From Eledone cirrhosa (taxonomy: Eukaryota): a DNA stretch of 64,000 nt. The stretch covers positions 28,396,001 through 28,460,000 of the forward strand of contig OZ024756.1 in assembly GCA_964016885.1 (NCBI GenBank), in the 5' to 3' direction. The translations under genes and the position numbers were made by a program. The notes below the pieces were generated by a model. The model was not told where the DNA came from, ran no database searches, and worked only from the letters and a program-made list of their open reading frames with translations. Positions 45,764 to 59,176 of the stretch are shown here, piece after piece (the stretch's first letter is position 1; every line of letters starts with the position of its first letter).

Positions 45764-47294
45764 CATACATATCAACGCTATGATTTATTTACCAGTTTAA
45801 TAGTGTAACAGATCAAGTTTACAGGAAACTGAGCATACATGCATACATATATACATATTTATCTTCTCTTTAATCTAAAAGAACATCAAGTAAATGCCTC
45901 AGATTTGTTATCGAAAATTAACTAAATTCCTGCTTAATAAACACTTCATTACTTAATTTAGCTGTCTTTTTCTAATTATGTAGTATCTACATAATTATTA
46001 TTAAGAATTTGATATCTCAGTCATTGATGTTATTTAAACTGGCCATATCCAGCCAGAATTCTCTCATCTTTTTCTGTTCAAACTGGTTGTAACAGGCCGC
46101 TCATACTGATGTTAAGGCATTGTTCTCAAAATAAATAATTGTTTCTACTTTTGGCACAAGGCCAGCAATTATCCCAGTTTATTACTGGTGCTTTATTTTA
46201 TCGACCCCGTACGGATGAAAGGCAAAGTTAACCTCGGCGGGGATTTGAACTCAGACCGTGAAGTGCCGTAACTCTTTGCTGCTAAGCTTGGCGTCCGACC
46301 CCCTCTACTGATATTGCCAATCCACCGCCCTCAAATAAATCCGTTCAAAATAAATAATATAAAAATCTCATAGATTCAATATTATGTGAGATAAAACCTT
46401 TACTGTATATAACAGTATATAAAGAGTAATGTAAATGCTAAAGGGTTAACTGGAAAATTTGCCCAAATGAACATCGAGCCACTACGTGCAGCCTTAGATA
46501 TACAGGACATATTGGAAGGTCCTTCTTGTTTGATGTAGTTATATTCTTACTTGATTTTTATGTAAAACCCCCACTGTCTCCGTCTATTGTATTGTCCCTT
46601 ATATGTCAGGCCTTATGGCCAATAAATGAAACAATTATTATTACTACTATGACAATAAGGCCGATGGATTGGCAATATCGGCAGAGTGCCGGACAACATG
46701 CTGTGTAGCATAGAGTTACGGTCCTTTACATTCTGAGTTCAAATCCCGCCGAGGTTAGCTTTGCTTTGCTTTCATCCTTATGGGGTCGATAAAATAAAGA
46801 TTTAATCGACTTTCCCATCCCCAAAAATTGTTGGCCTTGTGCCTAAATCAGAAAGCATTATTACTATGACAACAGGGTCGGACGCCATGCTTTCCAGCAT
46901 AGTTACGTCCCTTTATGATCTGAGTTCAAATCCCACCGAGGTTAACTTTGCCTTTCATCCTTACGGGGTCGATAAAATAAAGTACCAGTAATGCACTGGG
47001 ATAATTGCTGGCCTTGTGCCTAAAGTAGAAACAATTATTACTATGACAACAGATGTTACAATCTTAAAAATACTTTGTGTGAAAAGACAGGCAAATAATG
47101 AGATTAATATCTCTTATGTACAATCTATTAACAATAATAAAACATAATTCTTTCATACAATACACAGGTGGTAACAACTGTCTAATCCTACTTACACCTT
47201 TTTCTATATACTAGAATTTTTTTCAACACACTGATGCGTCTGTGCATATGCATACATTATATGAATGAGTACATAAATAAACATACACAAACAC

Positions 47295-47680
47295 AGGCAT
47301 ACATTCACACAAACACACACACATACATTTACAAAAACACACACACATAGCGTAGCAAATGGAATTCTAACTGCTGTTTTGCTATAGTTTTTTTCACCAT
47401 CCCCGTCCTTCCTTTTACACACTCATACATTCACACAAATACACACACATACATTTACAAAGACACACACATACAGTCACACAGCGTCGCAAATGGAATT
47501 CTAACTGCTGTTTTGCTATAGTTTTTTTCACCATCCCCGTCCTTCATTTTACACATTCATATATTCACACAAACACACACACATACATTTACAAAGACAC
47601 ACACATACAGTCACACAGCGTCGCAAATGGAATTCTAACTGCTGTTTTGCTATAGTTTTTTCACCATCCCCGTCCCACAA
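47295..47680. repeat. ~125-135-bp tandem repeat, three copies
   Basis: GCGTCGCAAATGGAATTCTAACTGCTGTTTTGCTATAGTTTTTTCACCATCCCCGTCC occurs three times. Confidence 0.92.
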
Positions 47681-48087
47681 ACACACACACATTGTGAGAC
47701 GGATGGATGGAAGTCGCTCAAATTTATATACAGATATACCGCAACATAATTGTTTTACTGGGTTTTCAGGCACTGGACTGTGGCCATGCTGGGACAGAAC
47801 TTTTAAGGGTGTAGTTGATTATATCTACCTCATGGTACTTATTGCAGTTTGATATTTATTGATCTTTGTTGGTTAAACTGCTAAGTTAAACAGACACAAA
47901 CACATATACGTATGTGTGTACGTATATATATATATATGGCTCCTAGCAGTTCTGTCAGATGAAATCATCATACGAATGAAACAGTTATAGTCCTGTAGAA
48001 GCCATTTCTATATTAAATAATGTTTACACTCTACTAATGTATTGAGTACCTTTTTTAACTGTGGTTAAGCTCCTATATTACTCGGGA

Positions 48088-48127
<40 letters not shown>

Positions 48128-48574
48128 AACACACATATATACATATATGTGTATCATCATCACCATCATCATTATTTTATGTCCGCTTTTCCCTGCTTGC
48201 AAGGGTGGGACGGGAACCGATTCTGGCTTGATTTCTACAGCTGGATGCCCTTCCTAACACCAACCTCATTTACAGTGAGTGGTGGGTGCTTTTTTTTCCA
48301 TGGCACCTACATGTCCACTTTACAGTGTGGGCTGGCTGCTTTTTTGCCATGGCACCTCCACGACCACTTTGCAGTGGAATGATAGGGACACCAGTCCTAT
48401 CATCTCATTTCTACAGCTGAGTAAACTGGAGCAATGTGAAATAAAGTGTCTTGCTCAAGGAAACAACACATCACCTGGTCTGAGAATTGAACTCACAACC
48501 TTTTGATTGCAAGGCCAATGCTCTAACCACTAACCTTGTGCCTCCATATATATATATATATATATATATGTGTG

Positions 48575-49584
48575 GGGAGGAGGTTATAGTTCACTTGAAG
48601 CATTGTGTAATGAGGTATAAACGTTAGAATATGTGTAATAAGGCCAAGACAATGCAGATATGGACATAGAAAAAGAATGCAATAGTGAGAGATATTGGTG
48701 AGAATTAGTCTTTCACCTTGAATTTATTTAAATGTCCTTAATTTTCGACACAGACCTATGCCACCAGGCTTACGTAGTTTACAGACTAGAGTGTGACAAA
48801 TGCAACAACTTCTACGTAGGTAGCACCACCAGACCACTCCACATAAGAATAAAAGAACACCTCAATACTAACGCTTCCTCATTTAAGAAACACCTAGTTA
48901 AATGCAAAAACACTGATAAAAACATAACAGTTAGGATAGAAACTAAAGAAAGAAACCTCGGTAATCTTAGAATCAAGGAAGCACTCATTATAGATAGAAC
49001 ACATCCACCAATCAATAATAGACTAGAGCTCAACACCCAATTTATAACCTGATAGGGCCTCTAGCCCCACTTTACACACCCCACACACACGCACGCACAC
49101 ACCCCCACTTATTCTCTCTCACACATACACACACAAAACCAGTTCTAACACCAGATAACACCTACCCCCCACTTTTACGATTAGACCTATCTTCCCACAC
49201 TCACACACACACACATACCTACACCTTCATGCTTTCTCCCACACACATATACAGGCACGCATATAAAATTTACATAACACAACAAAAACATAAACAAACC
49301 CCTCTTAAAGGGAGACTACTCTTTACCCACCTAATTTTAATTCTTTGATATTAAAGTTAGAACTCTATACTATTTCCGGTCAGCATGGCTTCATTGGAAA
49401 TTTAGACGCTGGTCTGAGACTTTTACTTCCCTCCGAAGAAGAGATATTATCTCGAAAATTAAGGACATTTAAATAAATTCAAGGTGAAAGACTAATTCTC
49501 ACCAATATCTCTCACTATTGCATTCTTTTTCTATGTCCATATCTGCATTGTCTTGGCCTTATTACACATATTCTAACGTTTATA
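48575..49584 (+). mobile_element. Truncated Penelope-like element: GIY-YIG endonuclease, pLTR with hammerhead-like motif, inverted pLTR copy
   Basis: ORF 48732..49052 reads VVYRLEC..FYVGST.R.L..RIKEH..EALII..IN. ~133-bp inverted repeat 48616-48748/49452-49584. CCT-CCGAAGA-stem-GAAA-ATTA-AGG at 49430-49464. Confidence 0.9.
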
Positions 49585-52500
49585 TATATGTGTGTATGTA
49601 TGTATATTTGTATGCATATATATATATATATGTGTGTGTATATATATATATATACACACACATACACACACTAATATTCCACCTAATTAAAGTAGGACTT
49701 ATAATGCTGTTAGAACTCAATGTAGGGTAAATATGATCTCATTGAAAGCAAGATAAAATCTGTTTTTGCAGAGAAAATGATATATTATATGCTGTTGAGT
49801 ATTTACAAACTATAGTTGGATATATAGGTTGAAGGGTGAAAACAAAAAAAAAGACAGTGTTCATTGATTAGTTTATTGTTACAATCGTTTCAAAGGGTAA
49901 AATGAACCGTGATAATATTGATATATTCACTAATCCATAGCAGTTATGTAACTTCATATTATTAACTAAGGTTAACTTTGCCTTTCATCCTTACGGGGGT
50001 TGATAAAATAAAGTACCAGTAATACACTGGCGTAATTGCTGGCCTTGTGCCAAAAGTAGAAAAATTATTAGCCTTAACAAAACATGTCCATCTCACTGTT
50101 ATCATCAGAACCATTGTACAATTAACATTAGATTATGAGTTGCTTGGATCTTATCACATTTTAACATCTATTTTCCATGTGTTAGATAGATATGAGGCAC
50201 ATGGCTTAGTGGTTAGAGCATTGGCCTTGCAATCGAGTGTTATTGTGACTGGGTGATGTGTTATTTCACATTGCTCCAGTTTACTCAGCTGTAGAAATGA
50301 GATGATAGGGACTGGGGTCCATATCATTCCACTGCAAAGTGGTCGTGGAGGTGCCACGGCAAAAAACGCACCAAGCACTCACTGTAAATGAGGTTGGTGT
50401 TAGGAAGGGCATCCAGCTGTAGAAATCAAGCCAGAATCAGTTCCCGTCCCACCCTTGCAAGCAGGGAAAAGTGGACGTAAAATGATGATGATAATGATAG
50501 ATAGGTTGTCATATACTGAGATTAGACTACTCATCAAACACAAGCAACCGAAATGGGGGTTCCTCCGAAGTGTCTTTGGAGGAACATTCAGACCAAAACA
50601 ATAATTTAGTTACATCATTAGTTTTTCACCTATTTTTTCCCTATGCTGGCATGGGTTGGATGCTACTTTTTGAGGCAGAATTTTATAGTCAGTTGCCCTT
50701 CCTAATGCCAACATATCTATGAATTTGTAAAACTAAAGATTCATTATGTTTTTAGAGTACAGATTTACTGCCACAGGTTCTTAAGGCATTTGTAATTCAC
50801 CTCTTGGCACTAAAATGGATTTCCACTTTTGCTCTATATCATCTCTTGACTTGTTAGAAATAACAGCCAAATTTTCCTCAAATCACATCTTACAAATAAA
50901 TCACTTTATTTATTGTAAGTAAATTTTCTCAATGCAACAAAACTAAATAACAAGAGGTGTTGAGGGAGCCTCTATGTGCTGGCTAGAAATAGTAGCTGAA
51001 TGTACCTCAAATCACAGATCCTACCATAGTAAAAATACAAGGAGGATGCATTGTAGAATTTAGTCCAAATATTCTCTCAAAACACAAAAGAAAAACACAG
51101 AATCACAGTCTTTATTGGGGTAACTTTGATAAGTCTATCTACTGGATTAGGGCTGAACTGGGGTTAAACTACTTCATATTTCTTTAAAAAAGAAAATCAA
51201 AAACAGGATGATCTTCGTTGGAAAACATTATGGGGTTTTCTACTGCAGGTATGTCAACATGCGGCCCTTTATAAGCACACCTGCGGCCCGCACAAAGGTT
51301 TTTACAGCGCAAGCATGTTTTATCTTCGTAATATAAAATTTAAAAAAAATTGTTGTGATGTGCGCAATTAGTTGTGTAGCCCTCAGACAACACACATGAC
51401 CCGAAAAACAAAAACAGGATGGTCGTCGTGGGAACACCTTAGCCTGACCTAGGGTTAAGCTACTTCATATTTCTTTTTAAAAGTGAGGATGGTCTTCGTG
51501 GGAACACATTTGATCACAGACAGGGTTATCTACTGGATCATGACTGACATGGGGTTAAATTACTACATACATTATTTTCAAATAATTTTGAAAATAATCG
51601 TAAATTTGAAGGGTTTAAGTAATATAAACTAACTCATTTTTAAGCTGGTGTTTGGAACAAGGTTTTAGTATAAATGGACACTTCAAAACGGACAGTTTGT
51701 AACCTAGAACCAGCGCCGATTTAAAGTCGGCTTAGTACCTTTTTGATATCATCCTGTCTGAAGCCTCCCTTGGTTCCATCATACTAGGCTGTTTATTTTA
51801 AATTGTTTATATATATATATATATATATATATACGTAGGTCCCGGGTTGAGTCGGGGATAACCACAGTAAGTAAGGTACTCAATACATGGCAGAGTAAAA
51901 TTTTTTTATTTTATAGAAGGAACTTCTACAGGACTAGTACTGTTTCATTCAGATGAAATCTTCAGGAATATATATAAACTCGGGACTCCGACGGCTGAGC
52001 TCCGACCGTTTCAACAGCTAGATCCAGTTCGGGTCCCGAATTTTTCATATTACCCACTCTACTACCCCAAGTATCGAGTACTCTGGTGAGTAATGGTCTA
52101 ATGGTTTTTACCGCCTCCATTCTGATTATATATATGTGTGTGTGTATGTGTACATATATGTATGTATGTGTGTATATATATATATATATAAACCATTCCA
52201 TCATAATTTTATGTAAGAACATTTGTTAAGTTATACTAAATCCTTGTGAATTCTTGATTATATTCAAAACTATTTGAAAACCACAGGCTGTGTCTTTCAT
52301 TAAAAATATAGTAACGAACTTGTTTTTATAGTGTTTATATTTATCTAAGAGTCTTAAGCTAGGTTTCAAATACCAGATAAATATTGAGAAAGTTAGTTAT
52401 ATTACAAAATCCCTCTAAAAATTCTTAATTATATATATTTTTTAATATTTGGAAATCATAGGTAATGTCTTTCAATAGAAATACAACAATAAAAGAGTTA

Positions 52501-52604
52501 AAGGAAAAGTAATATTTCTAAAAATATTTAAAAATAAATATATATATATAATAATAATTAAAAAAAAACAGCTATCTGCTTTACAGAGTCAATAACACAC
52601 TTAC

Positions 52605-52750
52605 CCGTTTCCATTTCTAAATCACTGGGTCACTTACTGTCTCTTACTGTCCTTTCCACTCTACCTTTGTCTCACTTCTGCTGTTGCTGCTACTGCATTC
52701 CACAGGAATGCAACTGCATCCCTTTGGAATTTCCCACCACTACCACTACC
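52605..52750 (-). other. Candidate first exon (ATG GAA ACG G|GTAAGT) with an adjacent canonical kappaB-type site
   Basis: Donor GTAAGT at 52599-52604, second GTAAGT at 52632-52637, GGGAAATTCC (minus strand) at 52726-52735. No downstream coding partner exon was found. Confidence 0.3.
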
Positions 52751-53509
52751 GCGCGCGCACACACACACACACACATACGCACTTGCCTTCCTGCACATGT
52801 ACAGATTCTCTCTCTAACTATCAATCTATCTATCTATTTATCAATGGGCCTTCTCTCTATATCAGCCTGTAGGTTGAGGAAAGGAGTACAAGCTCTTCAT
52901 ACTCCTGGAGATGAGGGTTGCACATTTTTTTTTCGGGGGTATGTGTTACCCATATAAACTGTCTCCCTCTATTGGGGAAAATCGACTAACTTTTAAATTC
53001 CATCTGTGATAACATTTTACACGTTTTTATTGTATGTAAACTTCCCCCTTTGTATTTGTCCCCTTCTTTTGTGCCCCTGTGGCTAATAAAGAAATACATC
53101 TATTTATCACTACTTCATTGAAATATTCCTTGTGAACTTTACACTTGCCTTAACACTTTATATATATATATATTTCATTTATATATATATATAGAGAGAG
53201 AGAGAGAATGAGAGAGAGAGGGAGAGAGAGAGAGAGAGAGTACAGTGAGAGATATGTGTATCCTGGGTTCAATCGTCGGGGGTAACCGCAGTAAGTAAGG
53301 TCCTCAATACATAGTAGAGTATATACAACATTTAATATAGAAATGGCTTCTACACGGACTAGAACTATATATATTTGTGTGTGATTGTATAATTCACATT
53401 ATGTCATGTGATTTAAAAAAAAACAGGTCATTTAAAAAAAAAAAAATCAACAAAGATTTGTCTCTTTGTATCTATCTATAGTATTTATTAATACTGTATA
53501 TATATATAT

Positions 53510-53685
53510 ATCCATCCGTATGTGGTTGACGGCTGAGAAAATGGAGTACTCAATACCGAAGTAGAGTTTTAATATTCATTTTATTAAAGCTAAATAGTGA
53601 GTCTTGTTACTGTGGTGGTTCGCCTGTTTATAAACAGACGAAACTCCAAAGTAACAAGACTCACTATTTACCCTTAATAAAATAA
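53510..53685. repeat. Small fold-back element plus tail (another small fold-back at ~56002-56075)
   Basis: Palindrome centred on CTGTTTATAAACAG; contains GAAAC..GTA. Confidence 0.75.
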
Positions 53686-53835
53686 ATATATATATATATA
53701 TATATATATAAGAATAACATTTAAAAAGATGATCGTTTTTAATGTTATTCTTATACTGAATCTCCACCGTAACTACACACTACTGGTGTAGAGAGCTTTC
53801 TCCTTGCTTACTCCAGTAAAAACAACTTTTACTGA

Positions 53836-53902
<67 letters not shown>

Positions 53903-53907
<5 letters not shown>

Positions 53908-54960
53908 ATATTTGGGGAGGGTCATATTTGCGTAATATTGCCAGAATTAATAACAGAACACACTCACTGTTTGGTTGGTTTTCGCTTCTCGCTGTCTTTT
54001 ATATATATATATCTGCGATCTAGCTTACTCGGTCCTCAATGTTGCCATTGACTGACCGGCGGTCAAAAATAATACAGATACAATATAGACAAACACATAT
54101 ATATATAGTTTACATAAATCTTTCGTTGCACATCTGCAACATCGTCAGTGGTGTTATATTCATTGTTCCTCCTGTTGTGTTGTATGTCTACGCCATTTTT
54201 TTTTGTTCAGTCTGTCTATATATTTATTTATTTATTTGCTTGTTTGTTTATCTTATTTTATTTTGTCTTCTTTGCGCATGCGTTTGCGTGTGTGTATAGT
54301 GTTATGTGTGATGTGTGACTAGTGTGTATAGTGTTGTGTCTGCTGGGTGACTAGTGTGTGTTTATGTGCTTGTGTATGTATTTATTTATCTTATTTTATT
54401 TAATTTAATTTACTTATTTATTTATACTTCTCTTAGGTCAGTGTTGTTTGTTTGGGTGTTGTTGTTGTTCCACTCATTCTTTCTGTTTAGCTTTGGTCTT
54501 CTAATTTCTATTTCACTGGCCTCTCTGATTTGCCTATCTGCTGGGTCATTCCTATGTTTAGATATTATTCTAATTTCTATGTTGTCTATGTTACCGTCAT
54601 GATGTTGTCTAGCATGTTCGTATAGTACTGACCCGTTTTTTCGTCCTTTTAGTTCCCCCCAGTGTTGGTCTATCCTTTCACCTATGCTACGAGCTGTCTC
54701 ACCTATGTATGTTGTTGTCGTGTTTCTGCAAGTACCCTCTGTACATCTTATGCTATAGACTACGTTTCTAGTTTTACAGTTTATCCGGGGGTTCACCTTA
54801 CATATGATACATTTCCTATTGGTACAGTGGGTTTTCTTAAAAGGGTAGGTTTTGCTGATCAGGGATTTTATGGCAATATTACGCAAATATGACCCTCCCC
54901 AAATATAACAATATCTGTTTCGACACACGATTTCATATAAAAAACCTCGCAAAACTAATT
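53903..54960 (-). mobile_element. Truncated Penelope-like element (second family): Cys-rich linker plus GIY-YIG, short inverted pLTR pieces
   Basis: ORF 54422..54952 reads CxxxxCxxC..NVVYSIRC..YIGETARSIGERIDQH..REASEIE..LN. Inverted segment ~53903-53943/54871-54911. Both ends abut (TA)n. Confidence 0.88.
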
Positions 54961-54969
54961 CATCGCCGC

Positions 54970-55000
<31 letters not shown>

Positions 55001-55046
55001 GAAATAACAAGAGGCTGGACTGGTGTAAATCCTTGAAAGGTTTATT

Positions 55047-55104
55047 ATACTATGATCATTTCAATGACCGGGTTCCATATGAATCCGGTGATATCATCAG
55101 GTAT
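55047..55104 (-). ncRNA. Minimal hammerhead ribozyme motif within fold-back element 54995-55415
   Basis: ATAC-CTGATGA-(ACCGG..CCGGT stem II)-GAAA-TGATCA(palindrome)-TA-GTAT. Arms 54995-55102/55165-55272 are near-perfect inverted repeats. Confidence 0.72.
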
Positions 55105-55665
55105 TGGAATATAACAAAGGAATATGTAAAAAGCCATGGGTCCAAAAAATCAGAGACAGAGAGGACCTGATGATATCACCGGATTCATATGGAACCCGGT
55201 CATTGAAATGATCATAGTATAATAAACCTTTCAAGGATTTACACCAGTCCAGCCTCCTGTTATTTCATTTATAAATAACTCCGTATTCGCACCACCAACT
55301 ACACAAACGAAGATGGGTGAACTGCACTGCGTTGAGTACTCTTCACAATATTACACCAGGATTGACCATACGGAATGACCAGTTCTATCCAGTGGTGAAC
55401 CAACAAACCTAAAGATATATATATATATAACTATTGTATGCTTCCGTTTAGAGAAAACAGGAAGCACCAATGTATAGATGTAGTGTTTATGTACTTATTA
55501 TTTACTTCTTTATTCATAAAACAAAAAATATTGGCTCTTACAAAAACTAGTCCGGTTTCCTTCTCGGCGAGAATTTCATGCCACATACAAAGAATAGTTG
55601 AGAAGTTAGCTGACGGAAGAAACAAACCTTAGATGGTTTCAGGCTTTTTTAACGATTTCGTTTTT

Positions 55666-55696
<31 letters not shown>

Positions 55697-55862
55697 GGGG
55701 GGGGGAAGTTGCAGTAGATAAATACATATACAAACGTAAACATAGAGACATCCACATGTATATATATACACACAGATAAATATATATATAGAGAGAGAGA
55801 TAATCACACGAAAGGCTTCTGCAGTTTCCGTCAACACAATTTCACTCACAAGGCATTGGTCA

Positions 55863-55929
<67 letters not shown>

Positions 55930-56070
55930 GGTTCAGTAGATTCGTGTTTTACTGAGGAAGAGGTACCAAAGGCAGCACTATCCTATGACAGGGTGTATAT
56001 ATTAAGAACAAAACGAGGTTTCACATTAAGGTTTTTATTGATTAACCTTAATGTGAAACCCCGTTTTGTT

Positions 56071-56117
<47 letters not shown>

Positions 56118-56829
56118 AAGATCAAAAGATGGTTAAAAGAGTTCCATGTATTTTATTATGCGCATTTCAAAAATCAGAGTGTAGAGTGCTACTTATCCGA
56201 TATCTGCATTGCTTTATTGTACAATAAAACTCACCTCCTACATATATATATAGTTATGTAATAAACAACATAAGGCAATTATTACATTTACCAGTGGTTT
56301 CTTAAAATCAAAAGATTTTGCTTTCAATCCTCAGAATGAAAAAATCCTGGTCTGTTTATTGAATTTGGATTTTAAAAACCTATATATATATATAAACCTA
56401 CATATATATATATATAAACCTACACATATATATATATATTCGCCTTCGAGACGGGTATAATAGTAAAAATTGGACACATGAACAAAAAGCATTTATTTTC
56501 ATTGTCAGCCACTCGCTGGAAATACTATTTCGTATCTGGAATACCCTTAAAGAGAGAGCCTTTTGAGAATAAACAATATATATACATATATATATATACA
56601 CACACATATATATATATATATATATACACACACATATATATATATGAAGTTTTATATAGAAACGGCTTCTCCAGGACTAGAACAGTTTTAGTCCTGTAGA
56701 AGCCATTTCTATATTATACTTGATGTTTACACTCTACTAATGTATTGAGTACCTTACTAACTGTGCTTACCCCCGATTGAACCCGACACACACACATCTC
56801 TCTCTATCTATCTATCTATCTATCTATCG

Positions 56830-56872
<43 letters not shown>

Positions 56873-58823
56873 AATGTTTGACCCCGACGGCAGAGCTCAA
56901 TCCGTTTCGACGGCTATTTCTGGACTAAATTAGAATTTTTAGTCCAGAAATAGCCGTCGAAACGGCTTGAGCTCAGCCGTCGGGGTCAAACATTTTCCTA
57001 TTACCCACTCTACTACCCTAAGTATTGGTCCACCTGGTTCCTTACCACACCTCCTTCGTTATATATATATAGATATGTGTGTATGTGTGTATATATAAAC
57101 TGAACATATCTTTTATAGTCGCATCACATCCACCCAACAGACATTCTATTTTCGGCAATTTACGCATTTTAGCTGTTGATGGAGTTTAGCTCTAACTTAA
57201 CGTTGATAGAGTAAAATCATTTCATTTGTTAAGGATATCTAAGATTACATTATCCAATGTGTCCCTCCTCTTTGTTGTTTAGCTCTAGGTCAGATCGTTC
57301 AACCACAAAGATTAAGTAGATCTAAGACAAAAGACATTCCAGTCGTAACCATGCCGTATTATTTTCTCTCTCGGTTAATCTAAGCCTAAACCACATTATT
57401 CAATTGGTCCTTCTTTGCTGCTGCTGTTGTTCAGTTCCGGGTCGGATCGTTTAGCCGTATAAATTAAGTATAGATCTATGATAAAAAGACGTTCCAGTCG
57501 TGACTATGCCGTATCATTTTCCGTCTCGGTATATCTATGACTAAGACTACATTATCTAATATTCCTTTTTAATTTTAAGATGATAGAAATAAGTTTGAAT
57601 TCGTGAGATTTTGACAGTTATATCTAGCAGATCGAGTGGGCACAAGGTCGAAGTTAAACCGACGGAATTGATCCAAGTGGTCCTCTTATCTATTACTATT
57701 GTTCCTAAAGGATAATTAATTTATTTTAGCCACTTTACCTCATTACCACGCGATCTTTTTACATTGGCAGATGTGTGTTTGTATGTCTTACTTGTTTAGT
57801 TTTTTAGTACCTTAAAAGGTGGTAGGTTAGCAAAATCGGTAGAACATCAGACTAAATACTTGGTGCTGTTTCTTCCGGCTTTTTGTGTTCTGAATTCAAA
57901 TCCTACCAAGGGCAACTTCGCTTTTCATCCTTTCGAGGTCGATAAAATAAAGTACCAGTCAAGTACTGAGGTTGATTTAATTGACATTCGCCCCCCCCCC
58001 CCCCGCCTAAAACATCTGATCTTGTGTCTAAGTTAGAAACGATTAACGCCAAAGAAAGTGCTTTGGTCCGATTTGTTCCGGAACTTGCGTTTTGAGTTCA
58101 GATACTGCTAGGGACAACAAAATAAAGTACCAATCAAGTACTGGTGATAGATTTAATCGACTTTCCTCTTCTCTTAAATTGCTGGCCTGGTGTTTAAGAC
58201 AGAAACCATCATTATAATAATGATTATTGTGGTTGTTTGGCTCCAGTTCAGCCAACGCATCCTTCCGTTATTTTAAAGACAATAAAGTGTGATGATGAGA
58301 TTTAGTTATTAATTCTAGCAAGTCGAATAACAACTATACTTATTGGAGCATAAATGTTTGACAAAAGAAATTGTTTCGAATGTAACTGTAGAGCAATGAA
58401 GCATAACATATCTTATTCATTCATAGATATAGATACTCTCTATGTATATAAAGGGTAGTTACTATAACGGCGCCATACATATGTATTTCTAAATGAATGT
58501 ATATAGGGAATATATATATATATATATTTATGTTGGTATGTGTAGACGTCTCGATATATAACTAAACACTGTATGTATGTATATGTGTGTGTGGTAAAAG
58601 AAGTAGAGGGTTCGATCTGAGCGTAATGCATGACAGATGAAATCTCCCTCGAATCACACACCCTACTGTCGTCTCGAAAAAACAAAACAAGAACAATAAA
58701 AAATATTACATTGAACAATGTAGGGCTAGATATAGTCATTACGTCTGAAAATTTTAAAATGGAATGATCATAGCTGGAACACCCTTGGATCATGTGTCAA
58801 CGCGATCGACGTAGACCTGGGGC

Positions 58824-58855
<32 letters not shown>

Positions 58856-58994
58856 CCGTCATGAATTTGATCAGTATTTCAAGGGTGGAGAGGTGAACAA
58901 AATGACCACTGACATACGTAGGTTTCCGTTGACCAAGATTCAAAGACATTCCAGTGATGATCGTCTCGTATCAAATTAAGGCTTAGTTTATCTA

Positions 58995-59176
58995 GACGTA
59001 GTAGAGGTAGACCACGAAAAACATGGGCGGAGGTGGTGAGAGCAGAACTCAGATTGGTGAAGCTCACGGTGGAGATGACGAAGGACCGTGACAAGTGGAG
59101 AGATGCTGTGCTGAATAGGACGCGTCCCACCCTTGCAAGCAGGGAAAAAGCGGACGTAAAATGATGATGATGATGA
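58995..59176 (+). mobile_element. Short RTE LINE subfamily A 3' end
   Basis: GRPRKTWAEVVRAEL..DRDKWRDAVL, followed by the (ATG)n tail. Confidence 0.85.
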
